Origin: Nitrospira sp. UBA5698
GTDB lineage: Bacteria; Nitrospirota; Nitrospiria; Nitrospirales; Nitrospiraceae
NCBI GenBank assembly: GCA_002420115.1
Contig: DIHK01000007.1
Coordinates: forward strand, 60,136-124,135
Direction of reading: 5' to 3'
DNA length: 64,000 nt
Shown piece by piece: positions 1 to 9,450 of this stretch. A program made the position numbers and the translations under genes. Position 1 is the first letter of the stretch; each line of letters starts with the position of its first letter. The notes below the pieces were generated by a model, which saw only the letters and a program-made list of their open reading frames with translations, was not told the origin of the DNA and made no database searches.

Positions 1-1189
1 CTTCGCACATTTGGTAGTCGGCAGTAGGATACAAATTGGTGAAATGCGTGTTACGACAACTTTTGCGCCCATCTTCCGCATCGACAAATCCATATTCGTC
101 GTCTAAACCGAAGGCATGTCCGACTTCGTGCCAATAGCTGCCGTCAGTGGTCATGGTGGAGAAATTGTTCACCTGAAACACATTGGATTTGTACATCTGA
201 TTGAAGTGCGCACGGAGAAACTTTGTGGCGAAATTCACACTCAGATGATCGTCGACCTCAAATAGGGTGCGAGTCGAAGACGGAATAGTTCCATCATTGT
301 GTCCTTTGAGGTACAGCTTCAACTGGAACACACCTGGGATACTCCAGTACGCTTCCGATGTCCGAACGAAGTTGTCGAGAATCCAATCCTGCGGCTTCAC
401 CTTGACCGCTTGCGATCCATCAGGATCCCATCTCCAATAGAGCTCCTTGTTTTTGTCCACTCGACAGCCCGCATAGGAGTCGCCGTCTTTGTCATAGCGA
501 TACTCAATCTTGCCTAGGCTGATTGCTTTGTTTTCGGGATCTCGTTGGTGAAGCGCTTTATCAGCGTACGTGCCTTGTTCACCGGGGAAATAGGTCGTCG
601 TCGAGCACAGCGTTGAACTTATCGATTTTGCGGAAGCTTTGAGCGTGAAGATCTGGGAATTGGTATTGGTGGATGGCATCTCGATCTGTGACGCGTCATA
701 CAGCTGCCCGGCGTGTGAAAAAGCAAAATCAACCCGGTTTGGGACCAGCTCATTAAACTGTGGTCGATACGGGATGGTCATGGTCCAAACCCCGTTGATC
801 TTGCTCAAGGCGTAGACATATTTGAAGCTCAAGAGTGAGCCGATAGGTAGGCCGACGAAGTCGTAGTGCCCTCGCACAATCTTCGTTTCCAGATTCCTCG
901 CTTTTAAGAGCGCTTTCTCCGGAGTGTCTCGTTCACTCCCAAGCGCTTGGGCTATTTCACGGCCCTTGGTGTCACGCTGGCGGTTGCACTGCAGAATGAT
1001 TCCATCCCACCGCAAGCTCCCTTGCAATGCCGTATCAGGGAAGAGCTCTGGGTAGTAGGCGCTTTCCGCTACGAGTTCAGGCGTCACCGGTCTGACCGTC
1101 CCAAGCGCGTCGTTGCAGAGATCCGCATAGACGGGAGGCTCCATGAGGAACAGTCCCAGCAACACGAGGATCATGATCAACAGTTTCAT
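1..1189 (-). CDS. Secreted zinc metallopeptidase, 3' end runs off the window (absent from ORF track)
   Basis: Hand translation: ATG at 1189 after a GAGGAGG RBS, signal peptide MKLLIMILVLLGLFLMEPPVYA, frame open to base 1, motif HEVGHAFGLDDEY near 140-100. Confidence 0.85.
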   Translation of the reverse strand, partial: MKLLIMILVLLGLFLMEPPVYADLCNDALGTVRPVTPELVAESAYYPELFPDTALQGSLRWDGIILQCNRQRDTKGREIAQALGSERDTPEKALLKARNLETKIVRGHYDFVGLPIGSLLSFKYVYALSKINGVWTMTIPYRPQFNELVPNRVDFAFSHAGQLYDASQIEMPSTNTNSQIFTLKASAKSISSTLCSTTTYFPGEQGTYADKALHQRDPENKAISLGKIEYRYDKDGDSYAGCRVDKNKELYWRWDPDGSQAVKVKPQDWILDNFVRTSEAYWSIPGVFQLKLYLKGHNDGTIPSSTRTLFEVDDHLSVNFATKFLRAHFNQMYKSNVFQVNNFSTMTTDGSYWHEVGHAFGLDDEYGFVDAEDGRKSCRNTHFTNLYPTADYQMCE

Positions 1190-1261
1190 TGCAATACCTC
1201 CTCGGCAGCACCAGCAGCATAGGGCTGGCCGACACCGCAGCTCTGCGTTGCGTTGTCTCAT

Positions 1262-1966
1262 TTATTTGCACTCATATTTCGGGAAACCCGAACATTCACC
1301 CGATTTGCATTTGTGGTCATTACCGAGCGATCCAGCCTTTCCGCAGGTTTCGCCTTTGTCCAACTTGGCCCGACACTTGTTATCTTTAAAATCGAGCCCG
1401 CCGTCGCAATATTCGCCGGCACCACAATCGGAGTCTTTCTTGCAAACGCAGGTCCCCTTGGTGCCGTCTACCGCGCTGCATTTGCCACCCTTGCAAGCGT
1501 CATCGTTGTAGCAGGTTCCGTCCATTTCTACCGAATTGGGTGTGTAACATTTTGACCATTTGCAGTAGCCACTTTTGCATTGATGTCCCCCTCCGACTGC
1601 ATCGCAGGTGAGGTTATCGGCCTTCTTAGGCATGCACTTGTTCTGATTGAGGTCAATGCCTGCATCACAGTACTTATCGTCGCTACAATCTGCATCCGTC
1701 TTACAGACACAGACCCCTTTGAGTCCTTCGATGTCGCTGCACTTGCCTTCCGCACAGGCATCATTGACATAACAGGTCTGGCCGAACCCCACGGAGTGTG
1801 GCGTGTAGCAGCGGCCGAGCTTGCAGTATCCACTTTTGCACTGGTGCCCGCCGCCGGCAACGTCGCACGTCGCGTTGTCCTCCTTGAGCGGCATGCAACG
1901 ATTCGCGGACAGGTCCACACCGGCGTTGCAATAGTTGCCCTCGGGACAATCCGGGTCCTTTCGGCA
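1262..1966 (-). repeat. Cys-rich coding repeat, modules A-B-A-B-A (A=8 Cys, B=4 Cys)
   Basis: Two ~87-aa near-tandem copies (CxxDxDC..YC.AG.DL..N.C..GGGHQCKSGYC..CYTP.SV..TCY..DAC..GKC) plus a terminal A module. Confidence 0.9.
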
Positions 1967-2887
1967 CTCAGGCAAACCACCGGCGATGTAGTTTTCGCCA
2001 TCCTTGATGGTGAAGACCTTCCCCGTGAGGTCGGAGAAGCGAGGATTGCGCTGTTCCTCAAAGTCATAGTCCTCTAAGTCACCGCTTTTATCGTCGACTT
2101 TGGGGTTGGAATCATCAACCTCAATCTTCACGATCTCAAAGTGCAAATGTCCTGGCGAGGCGCATCCAACATTGCCTTCATCACCCAGATAGTCCCCTTG
2201 GGTCACGTGGTCACCAACCTTGAGCTTGGCCTTGGTGGTCGTGGTACCGAACTGCATGTGTGAATACTTCGACCATTCATTATTCGCATGTTCGATCCAC
2301 ACATAGTTATTAAAACAGTCTGGTGTGTTGCGAAGGATCCTCCAGATATGCTGATTTTTCGATCGGCTGTCCTCGATATGCCGGATGGTTCCGTCTGCTG
2401 CTGCCATGATGCGATGGGGACCGCCGCCCTTACCATGCATGTCGAAACGACCTATCGGGTTGTGAGTGCTGAAATCACGAGTGACTTTCACATTGGTGCC
2501 GTCGGCATAAGGGATGCGATAGATATTCTGAGATTCCTGTCCTTTTGGTGGCGGTCCTGGATTCACGCAGGCATTTACCGCCTCATCGTAGGCGCGAGAG
2601 CACGCTTCGAGCTCATCACCTGTCTTGTTCATGCAAGGCTTGATGAGAATCTGTGCCTCCGCCTCGCAGCGATCAAGTATGTCGATTTGATGAGGCGTGA
2701 CCTTCTTTCCCGCACCAGCCTTGGACATGGCCTTGCTCCGCTCGACCTTCGAGAGAGATTTAGAGGGTTCCCCACTCTCTGCTGCTCTGCCGGCGTAGAC
2801 CGAAGAAGCCGTATCGAGGGACCACATTGCAGTCATACAGAGTAGGACTAAGAGGCGCCCAACCCAGCTTGTTCGTATCGCGATCAT
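1262..2887 (-). CDS. Secreted M23-family (LAS) peptidase with 32-Cys C-terminal repeat region
   Basis: Signal peptide; H-x6-D (HNPIGRFD), YSH and HLHFE motifs; AGGAGG RBS before ATG 2887 (ORF track starts at 2929). Confidence 0.8.
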   Translation of the reverse strand: MIAIRTSWVGRLLVLLCMTAMWSLDTASSVYAGRAAESGEPSKSLSKVERSKAMSKAGAGKKVTPHQIDILDRCEAEAQILIKPCMNKTGDELEACSRAYDEAVNACVNPGPPPKGQESQNIYRIPYADGTNVKVTRDFSTHNPIGRFDMHGKGGGPHRIMAAADGTIRHIEDSRSKNQHIWRILRNTPDCFNNYVWIEHANNEWSKYSHMQFGTTTTKAKLKVGDHVTQGDYLGDEGNVGCASPGHLHFEIVKIEVDDSNPKVDDKSGDLEDYDFEEQRNPRFSDLTGKVFTIKDGENYIAGGLPECRKDPDCPEGNYCNAGVDLSANRCMPLKEDNATCDVAGGGHQCKSGYCKLGRCYTPHSVGFGQTCYVNDACAEGKCSDIEGLKGVCVCKTDADCSDDKYCDAGIDLNQNKCMPKKADNLTCDAVGGGHQCKSGYCKWSKCYTPNSVEMDGTCYNDDACKGGKCSAVDGTKGTCVCKKDSDCGAGEYCDGGLDFKDNKCRAKLDKGETCGKAGSLGNDHKCKSGECSGFPKYECK

Positions 2888-2935
2888 GACAATCCCTCCT
2901 ATCGGAAATATGCTTGACACAGACCCCACATCGAG

Positions 2936-3541
2936 TTACTTGCACACAAAGTTCGGCAACCCCGAGCATTCTCCTGACTTGCATTTATGGTCGTTGCCGA
3001 ATGTGCCGACTGCACCACATTTCTCTCCTTTGTCGAGCTTCGGCCGGCACGCATTGACTTTGGCGTCCAATCCCTCGTCGCACCACTTGCCAGCGCCGCA
3101 ATCGGAGTCTTTGCTGCAGACACACGTCCCTTTAGTCACTCCGCCGACGGGTGCATTACACTTGCCTTCTCGGCATTCGTCGTCAAAGCGGCAGGATTCG
3201 CCCATCGAGGCCGAAGCCAGCGCTGAACAGAATCCCGCCTTGCATCGACCGGCCTGACATTGCTCGTCCTTAGTACAGACGGAACCGTCGCTCAACTTGT
3301 CTTTGCAGGTGCGCTTTCCTGAAATAGGATCTCCACAATAGTTGCCCGTGCCGCAATCTGAGTCGGCCCGACACTCATCTGCGTCCGCACAAACGCCCCA
3401 ACTGCATCGATCAGATGCGCATTGCCGCTTGGTGGTACAGAGAGTTCCACGGTCTGACTTGGGTTTGCAGATATTTCGAGCAAGATTCAGTATCCCAGCG
3501 GTACAGAACTCTCCATCCTCACAGTCAGCATCGGCTTCACA
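2936..3541 (-). repeat. Cys-rich coding repeat, modules A-A-B-A
   Basis: 28 Cys; last ~65 aa closely match the M23 protein C-terminus (GTCVC.KDSDCGAG..CD.GLD.K.N.CR.KLDKGE.CG..G..GNDHKCKSGECSG.P...CK). Confidence 0.9.
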
Positions 3542-4420
3542 CTGTCCTTCGCCACGCAAACCCGCCATCGCCTGATAATCGGTCTTGCCGTCACTCGTCT
3601 GGTAGCGTTCGCGCTGCTTGGCAGCGCGGTTCAATTGACAGGCGTTTAGGACTTCTTTGCCAATTTCTGACGTGCAATAGTCCATGACATTGGAGATTCC
3701 TTTGCACTCACGGAGATCACCGGCACTATCGGGCTTAACCTGACCCTGGCAGGAATTACACTTGATGTGATTACCGAATTCTTTGTTGCAGTTCGACACA
3801 CTGAGGGGATTCAGATTCACATAGGGCTCGAAGGTGTGTTTGAGTGAGAAAAAGTGCCCAAGTTCATGTGCGAGTAGGTATTGCTGGTTCAAGACTTTCG
3901 GCTCCGTGTCCGCCACAACGCAGGTAGCTATAATGATGCCCCGCTTTCTGTTGAACGGATTGACCCAGTGAGGAAAGGTCGCTCGACCGCACAAGCCCTT
4001 GTTCTTGTCCTCATTCTTTACAACCGTGTCGACGACAAGCACTGTGAGATGTCCGTCTGTTTTTGTGCGAGCCTGATTGTCGAAGTTGTCGTCCATAAAC
4101 TTTTCAAGGTCGGACGCATTGTCGAACCCAAGGTAACTAAAATTCTTCCCGTTGGAATCCGTCTGAACCTTGATTGCGCTGTGGTTCTCCTGCATAAACG
4201 TCGGGTGGATGACCAAAGCCGGGTTATTGCTATAGAGCGATTCGGCCCTTTCGATGTTGACCTGCAGCCACTTTACGATTTCGGCGTAAGTGTACCGCTG
4301 CGTGTTGATATGAAAGTGAATGTTGGCATCGAAGTTGCCCGCACAAACCGATGAAAGTGGGCAGAGCCAGACAAGCGCTGCGATCGCACAGATGCTGACC
4401 ACGTGCTTCAGTCTTTTCAT
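2936..4420 (-). CDS. Secreted metzincin (M43/pappalysin-like) metalloprotease with 28-Cys C-terminal region
   Basis: Signal peptide; HELGHFFSLKHTF zinc motif; NVMDY Met-turn. Confidence 0.8.
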   Translation of the reverse strand: MKRLKHVVSICAIAALVWLCPLSSVCAGNFDANIHFHINTQRYTYAEIVKWLQVNIERAESLYSNNPALVIHPTFMQENHSAIKVQTDSNGKNFSYLGFDNASDLEKFMDDNFDNQARTKTDGHLTVLVVDTVVKNEDKNKGLCGRATFPHWVNPFNRKRGIIIATCVVADTEPKVLNQQYLLAHELGHFFSLKHTFEPYVNLNPLSVSNCNKEFGNHIKCNSCQGQVKPDSAGDLRECKGISNVMDYCTSEIGKEVLNACQLNRAAKQRERYQTSDGKTDYQAMAGLRGEGQCEADADCEDGEFCTAGILNLARNICKPKSDRGTLCTTKRQCASDRCSWGVCADADECRADSDCGTGNYCGDPISGKRTCKDKLSDGSVCTKDEQCQAGRCKAGFCSALASASMGESCRFDDECREGKCNAPVGGVTKGTCVCSKDSDCGAGKWCDEGLDAKVNACRPKLDKGEKCGAVGTFGNDHKCKSGECSGLPNFVCK

Positions 4421-4452
4421 GACGGGACCCTCCTAAGTATAAGTAGACAAGC

Positions 4453-5295
4453 CTACCGTGCCAGTGCCTGGGGTTCTGGCAGCATTTTCCTAATAATACG
4501 ATCGAAGTCTCGCTTGGGATGATTACCGACTAGCGACACTCCGTTGATCACGAACGCGGGTGTGCCGTCGAAGCCGAACCGTTCTGCTTCCGCTCGATCA
4601 GCTGCAATGCGTTGCGTTACTGCGTCGCTCTGTAGATCGCGTTCGAGCCGTGCATGATCGATGTTCAGTGTCGCGGCAATTTCCTGCACGGCTTCGACGC
4701 CGCGGGACAAGTTCCGCTGCTGCTGAAATACAAGGTCATGAAATCGCCAAGCCTCATCTTCGTTCTGCAGTGCGATCGCCTCAAAATATCGCGCGGCTGG
4801 TTCGGCCGTGGCGTGGAAGCTCAATGGGTTATGTTTGTAGACGAGACGGACCTTGTCTCCGTACGCTACCAACACTTCCTGCAGCGTCGGGGATACGGCT
4901 CTGCAATAGGGGCACTCGAAATCGCTGTACTCAACGACCGTGATCGGCGCGTTGCGCGCTCCGCGAATAGGGCGATCTTCCGCAACGGTCGCAACTTTTG
5001 GATTTGCCATCTCGTTCTGCCAGCGAGCTTCCTCAATCTTGACTTTGCGAATCTCGGTTCCGCGCTCCACGAGGTCCGCAATCATCACCGGATCTTGTTC
5101 CAACGCGCGAAGGATGAGATCTGGATGTTGTCGTAACGTCTCTTCAACCAGGGCTTTGATGTCGGTGGACGATGACTGCAGGTCAGAGGTCTGAGCCCAC
5201 GCTTGTTCGGTACTGCTGATGAGAATTCCGAGTGAGACTGCCAGACTGAAAGATAAGAATGGACATGTTCTCCGGATAGAGGTCATCATAAGCAT
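4453..5295 (-). CDS. DsbA-family thioredoxin-fold disulfide oxidoreductase, exported
   Basis: EYSDFECPYC active site, GTPAF cis-Pro motif, N-terminal signal; true start may be ATG 5289. Confidence 0.9.
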   Translation of the reverse strand: MLMMTSIRRTCPFLSFSLAVSLGILISSTEQAWAQTSDLQSSSTDIKALVEETLRQHPDLILRALEQDPVMIADLVERGTEIRKVKIEEARWQNEMANPKVATVAEDRPIRGARNAPITVVEYSDFECPYCRAVSPTLQEVLVAYGDKVRLVYKHNPLSFHATAEPAARYFEAIALQNEDEAWRFHDLVFQQQRNLSRGVEAVQEIAATLNIDHARLERDLQSDAVTQRIAADRAEAERFGFDGTPAFVINGVSLVGNHPKRDFDRIIRKMLPEPQALAR

Positions 5296-5487
5296 CTCCT
5301 CGGTAGTTGATGGTCATTGGGAAAAATGTTTTGTATGCGGCTCTTAAGAACGGTCAATCCAGAAATCGTCTCGCCGTAGTCCCTTTCAGCAAAACGTATT
5401 CCTCAAAGCCACGCCATCAAAACGGTCAGATCCGTTTAATCTGCAACATTCAACCACGGTGGTGCCTGCTCAGTAGGATACAGTGGT

Positions 5488-5503
5488 GTATCTGTTCAGA
5501 TAC
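5488..5503. promoter_or_regulatory. Perfect inverted repeat GTATCTG-TT-CAGATAC, candidate operator upstream of dsbA
   Basis: 7-bp perfect arms in the LuxR-dsbA intergenic region. Confidence 0.3.
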
Positions 5504-5833
5504 GGGCAGGGCGTTTAGAAAGATGCTTCTGATAGGCCAGACTGCATCATGATCAGAGTTGGGCCGATGAATCTGGCTTTGATGGTATGGAGAGCACGTC
5601 TCACGCTTATTGTTTCTGTCGCTCTCTTTGGATAGCTGGTCCGCCCATGATTCATCCATGACTAGATCTTTCATTGCATATAGGAATCAGCCCTTCCTTA
5701 GACGTAACAGGAGGGGCACACGGAATCTGATTCGCTACTGTCATATTGGCGAGAATAGGAGGAGGCGTGAGGAGACGCTATAGTTAATTTTACACGTGCA
5801 GCCCACGACCGGATCCAAGGTGCTGGTCTGGTC

Positions 5834-7084
5834 TTACGCTTCGCGCTGCAACCGCACGGGCAGCTCGCTACGCGAATGCACACCGACTTTCCGAAAGATT
5901 GACTGTATCTGGTTGGCCACGGTGTGTTCGCTACAGTTGCGGCTGTGTGCAATGTGACGGTTCGTGGAGCCCATTAACAACGCTGCAAGTACTTCTCGTT
6001 CGGCGTCTGTAAGGTGTGCAACCTGACCGGCAGGAAGGAGCGGATAGGTGCCGATCAGCAATGTGTTCTCATGCACTCCATATTCAGCCAGCGTGGCTCG
6101 TGGTCCGTTGGGTGAAAAAAATGCTGCGAGCTCTGTGAGCGATGATAAACCCAGTTTGCGAACTGCGCGCGTCGTGCAGTTCGTCACGGCGGAGGGCGAG
6201 ATCCCAAGCATATAACTGATCTCCTTGCAGCTATGCCCTTGGCCGATGAATTCGGAGATCTGTCGCTCACGCAGCGTGAGGCCGCGTGGATCTGGAAACC
6301 TGGGATCATTCTTGACTGCGAGGACGAAGCGGCGTCCATCGGAATCAAAGTGGTCGACGAGCGACCAGCGGCCCCGTATGAGCCCCTCCCAGGCTGCCAA
6401 GGCTCGGTCAGGATCATTGCGGCCTAGACGGGTTCGGAGTTGGTCGAGGCGGAAGACTGCCCCACGCAACGCGGCGCGTGCGGACGGACGTTCTGCGCCC
6501 TCACGGGCTTCATAGAGTTTTCCGGATCCATCGAAAATGGCCTCCACGGAAGGGGAGTCGAGATCCAACTTCTGTGCGAATTCACGCAACCGGAGTCCGG
6601 CACCCATATGGCTCGCCACGCATTGCCAGCGGTGTCGTTCTTGCGCGGTCGGTACGATTCGTTCTGAAAACAACCAGCACAGGATGAGCGCGCTGCCTTG
6701 GCCTGTCAGCCCCTTGACCGCAATCTTATCGTGAACCACACCATTGGTAATCTGCTGAACAACCGTCGCGAGATCTGGTTCACGTGTGTATAACGCTTCG
6801 CTGAGTGATGTCACGGCTGGCCCGCTGCGGAAAAAATGGCTGACCACCGGAGTTTGCACCTGCATACTGGCTGCAAGAATGTCGCGCGCGTGCGTCGGCC
6901 CCAGTGCGGCAGACCGTTCAAGCTCTAGGTTGCCTGGGGTATAGTGGTAGGTGCCGATGGTGGGCCAGAATCCTCGTTTCGACAGAGGAGCGGCGTGTTC
7001 CAGTAGACGATTCAGCCAGCTACCGTCGTCATCTTCGAGCCTATATACCTCTTCGATGAGCCCTACCCAATCCTTGGTGTTCAT
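5834..7084 (-). CDS. LuxR-family regulator with two C-terminal HTH domains
   Basis: LTLRERQISEFIGQGHSCKEISYMLGIS and LTDAEREVLAALLMGSTNRHIA..SEHTVANQIQSIFRK. Confidence 0.85.
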   Translation of the reverse strand: MNTKDWVGLIEEVYRLEDDDGSWLNRLLEHAAPLSKRGFWPTIGTYHYTPGNLELERSAALGPTHARDILAASMQVQTPVVSHFFRSGPAVTSLSEALYTREPDLATVVQQITNGVVHDKIAVKGLTGQGSALILCWLFSERIVPTAQERHRWQCVASHMGAGLRLREFAQKLDLDSPSVEAIFDGSGKLYEAREGAERPSARAALRGAVFRLDQLRTRLGRNDPDRALAAWEGLIRGRWSLVDHFDSDGRRFVLAVKNDPRFPDPRGLTLRERQISEFIGQGHSCKEISYMLGISPSAVTNCTTRAVRKLGLSSLTELAAFFSPNGPRATLAEYGVHENTLLIGTYPLLPAGQVAHLTDAEREVLAALLMGSTNRHIAHSRNCSEHTVANQIQSIFRKVGVHSRSELPVRLQREA

Positions 7085-7410
7085 GGCTCAGGAAGGTTGT
7101 TTTCTCCCATAGGTTGGGTTTGCAGCGAGCAGGCACAATCTGTTGCCAGCCGCCGTTGATTTCTCAGTCTCGAACCTTCTGGCTACTATACCTGGTGAGT
7201 TCAACCAATTCATCCACGTCCATTCACGTCCATTGTCCGGACAATACGCGATTAGGGTCTCATTTCAACGGAATAGAGGAGCGGAATGATGGGGAGTGGT
7301 TTGTTCTCGTGGAAACCATTTGTTGCAGTCATCGCCTTCAAGCGATGGGTGTTCAGTGTGGGGAGAATCAGACCGACCGCTATATATCTGATTCAGCAAC
7401 AATTATGAGG

Positions 7411-9117
7411 CTAGTTTGAGGTTTTTTCAGTGGGTGCCAGAATAGGCTGAAACATCGGATCTGCATTGAGCACGGCCTTCAGCAACTCGCGGTGGAGGAA
7501 GTAGCGCCATACCTCGTCGTCTTTTCCGGGAATCTCATCAAACCAGCGTTTGGCCTCGGTGAGGTGATGTAACATCTGACCTTTATCCCCGTAGTTCGGC
7601 ATGAAGATCATGCTGTAGGCCATGGTGTATTCAGCGAGAAACTTATCGAGTGGCCGTTCAGCGAGCTCCAGCGACGCCTTGGCATTGTCATAGGCTCTGA
7701 TACTGTCCTGGTCATGCAAGATGCGATTCCACGCCACCTTGTTGATACGAGACCAGGCTAGTTGTAGGAGAGCTTCAGCCTTAAGGCCTTTTCGATCGGC
7801 TGGAATCTCGTTGACCAACGCGTCAAAGGTTTCACTCATCGGAACCTGGTCATTGTTCCAGCGATAGGCCATTCCAAGCCGGAACCGATTCTCCAACTGC
7901 TCAGGATGGGTTCGTGCGAGGGTCTGCAGCGCCGGCAGGAGTCGGTACAACAGATCTGCAGAAGTCGGTTGTGCAAACCCACCAACCTCCATCCCCAACG
8001 AGAGATCGAGGCGATCCGAGGCGGCGGCGATCGTCCAATAAAACTCGTTGACTATCTGGGCGAGTACGGGATCCTTGATGACGAGCTTGTGGTTTCGGGC
8101 CGCGTCCTGTAGCAGCACGGTATAGAGATGCTTGGTTAAGACGGTGAGTGCCTCGGTCTGTTGTGGATCAATGAGGAGAATACGATTAAGGAGCGCCACG
8201 CGGTCGCGGAGCTCAGGAAAGGAGGCAGCCCGAGCGGCAGCCGCAGTGAGTGTGCCGGGTTGGTCGGCGGGACTCCACCAGACGATGGAGTCTGGAAGGG
8301 CACGACTTCTTTCAGTTGTGAATGGGATGCGTTCCTGGACCATTCCTGGAGCCTCAGGCTTGGTGTCTACCGGGAGATGCGCAACGGCGGTGTCGCGCGG
8401 AAACCCGTGTGGACGGAGTCCACTGAGCACGACCCATTGTGTGGTTATGGATTTGATGGCACGGCGTTCACGCTTGACCGTGCTGGTCCAGTGAACCATG
8501 CCCGGCCCGTAGGCAATCGGGGATGTGAGCGGGTCATGGTAGTGAACGGTCAGCTCGACCAATGTTGCAGGCACGCCAATGACGCTTCCATTCGGTTTCA
8601 ACCGAAAGGATCCGTTTGGGATGGTGCGGGTTCCGGTGACGGCTAAATGAAGACCAGTCCCTGGAGGGGAGGTGCCGAGCACATCCATCACGAAGGCTGA
8701 GGCCTGTGCACTAGGTAGCATATCTCCATAAAATACAAGAGGACCTGTGCTGGGCCAGAGGACATCCATCCCAATATCCGACCGATTCAGGAATGGGGCA
8801 TGTCCCACAGTGAGCGCCTCCCAGCACTTGTCGTAAGAAGGTTCCTTTGCAACGGAAGATTTTGCTTTTGCAGAGGGAGCCGTCACTGAGTTGTACTGGC
8901 AGGCAAAGTCGAATTCCCCGGCCGTGATTCTGTCGCCATGGGCAAGGGCCGTCGCATAGCGAAGGGCGGTGTCGATGGCAGAGGGATGAACGGTTTTGTG
9001 CTTCGTCTGGCTCAGCGGCGCTTTCGGCGTGGCGCTCGCCATGTCCGGCAGATTCAGCTCAACGATGGTCAAGAATCCAACAAGGAGGAGCAATCCACGA
9101 AAATGTGTCATGGTCAT
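7411..9117 (-). CDS. Exported hypothetical protein with TPR-like helical C-terminal half
   Basis: Long ORF, signal peptide, helical repeat-like pattern. Confidence 0.6.
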   Translation of the reverse strand: MTMTHFRGLLLLVGFLTIVELNLPDMASATPKAPLSQTKHKTVHPSAIDTALRYATALAHGDRITAGEFDFACQYNSVTAPSAKAKSSVAKEPSYDKCWEALTVGHAPFLNRSDIGMDVLWPSTGPLVFYGDMLPSAQASAFVMDVLGTSPPGTGLHLAVTGTRTIPNGSFRLKPNGSVIGVPATLVELTVHYHDPLTSPIAYGPGMVHWTSTVKRERRAIKSITTQWVVLSGLRPHGFPRDTAVAHLPVDTKPEAPGMVQERIPFTTERSRALPDSIVWWSPADQPGTLTAAAARAASFPELRDRVALLNRILLIDPQQTEALTVLTKHLYTVLLQDAARNHKLVIKDPVLAQIVNEFYWTIAAASDRLDLSLGMEVGGFAQPTSADLLYRLLPALQTLARTHPEQLENRFRLGMAYRWNNDQVPMSETFDALVNEIPADRKGLKAEALLQLAWSRINKVAWNRILHDQDSIRAYDNAKASLELAERPLDKFLAEYTMAYSMIFMPNYGDKGQMLHHLTEAKRWFDEIPGKDDEVWRYFLHRELLKAVLNADPMFQPILAPTEKTSN

Positions 9118-9144
9118 TATGAGTATTGGTCACGCGATTGGAGG

Positions 9145-9450
9145 TTAGCGAGTGCCGGTGGTTTCCAAGATCTTTTTCCGCATTACCGCTCGGCTCGCCG
9201 CGGACAATGTTGGTGAGGGGCTATGGCGACAGAGCGACACGGTTTGACGCAGTGATGTCACGAAGGTTTCACAATTCGGGCAGGCGCCCAGGTGTCGACG
9301 AATTTCATCGCAAATATCTCCGGAGAGTTCGTCATCGATATAGGCGGACAGCTGGCGCAGGATACGTAGACAGTGGGCTTTCCCATGAGCCTGTTTCCGT
9401 TGGATCGGTGCCGAAGATCGTTGTCGTTTAGAGGTGTTCCCTCGTGCCAT
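9145..9450 (-). CDS. Zinc-binding anti-sigma factor (zf-HC2), soluble
   Basis: LSAYIDDEL..HLGACPNC motif directly downstream of the ECF sigma gene. Confidence 0.85.
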   Translation of the reverse strand: MARGNTSKRQRSSAPIQRKQAHGKAHCLRILRQLSAYIDDELSGDICDEIRRHLGACPNCETFVTSLRQTVSLCRHSPSPTLSAASRAVMRKKILETTGTR

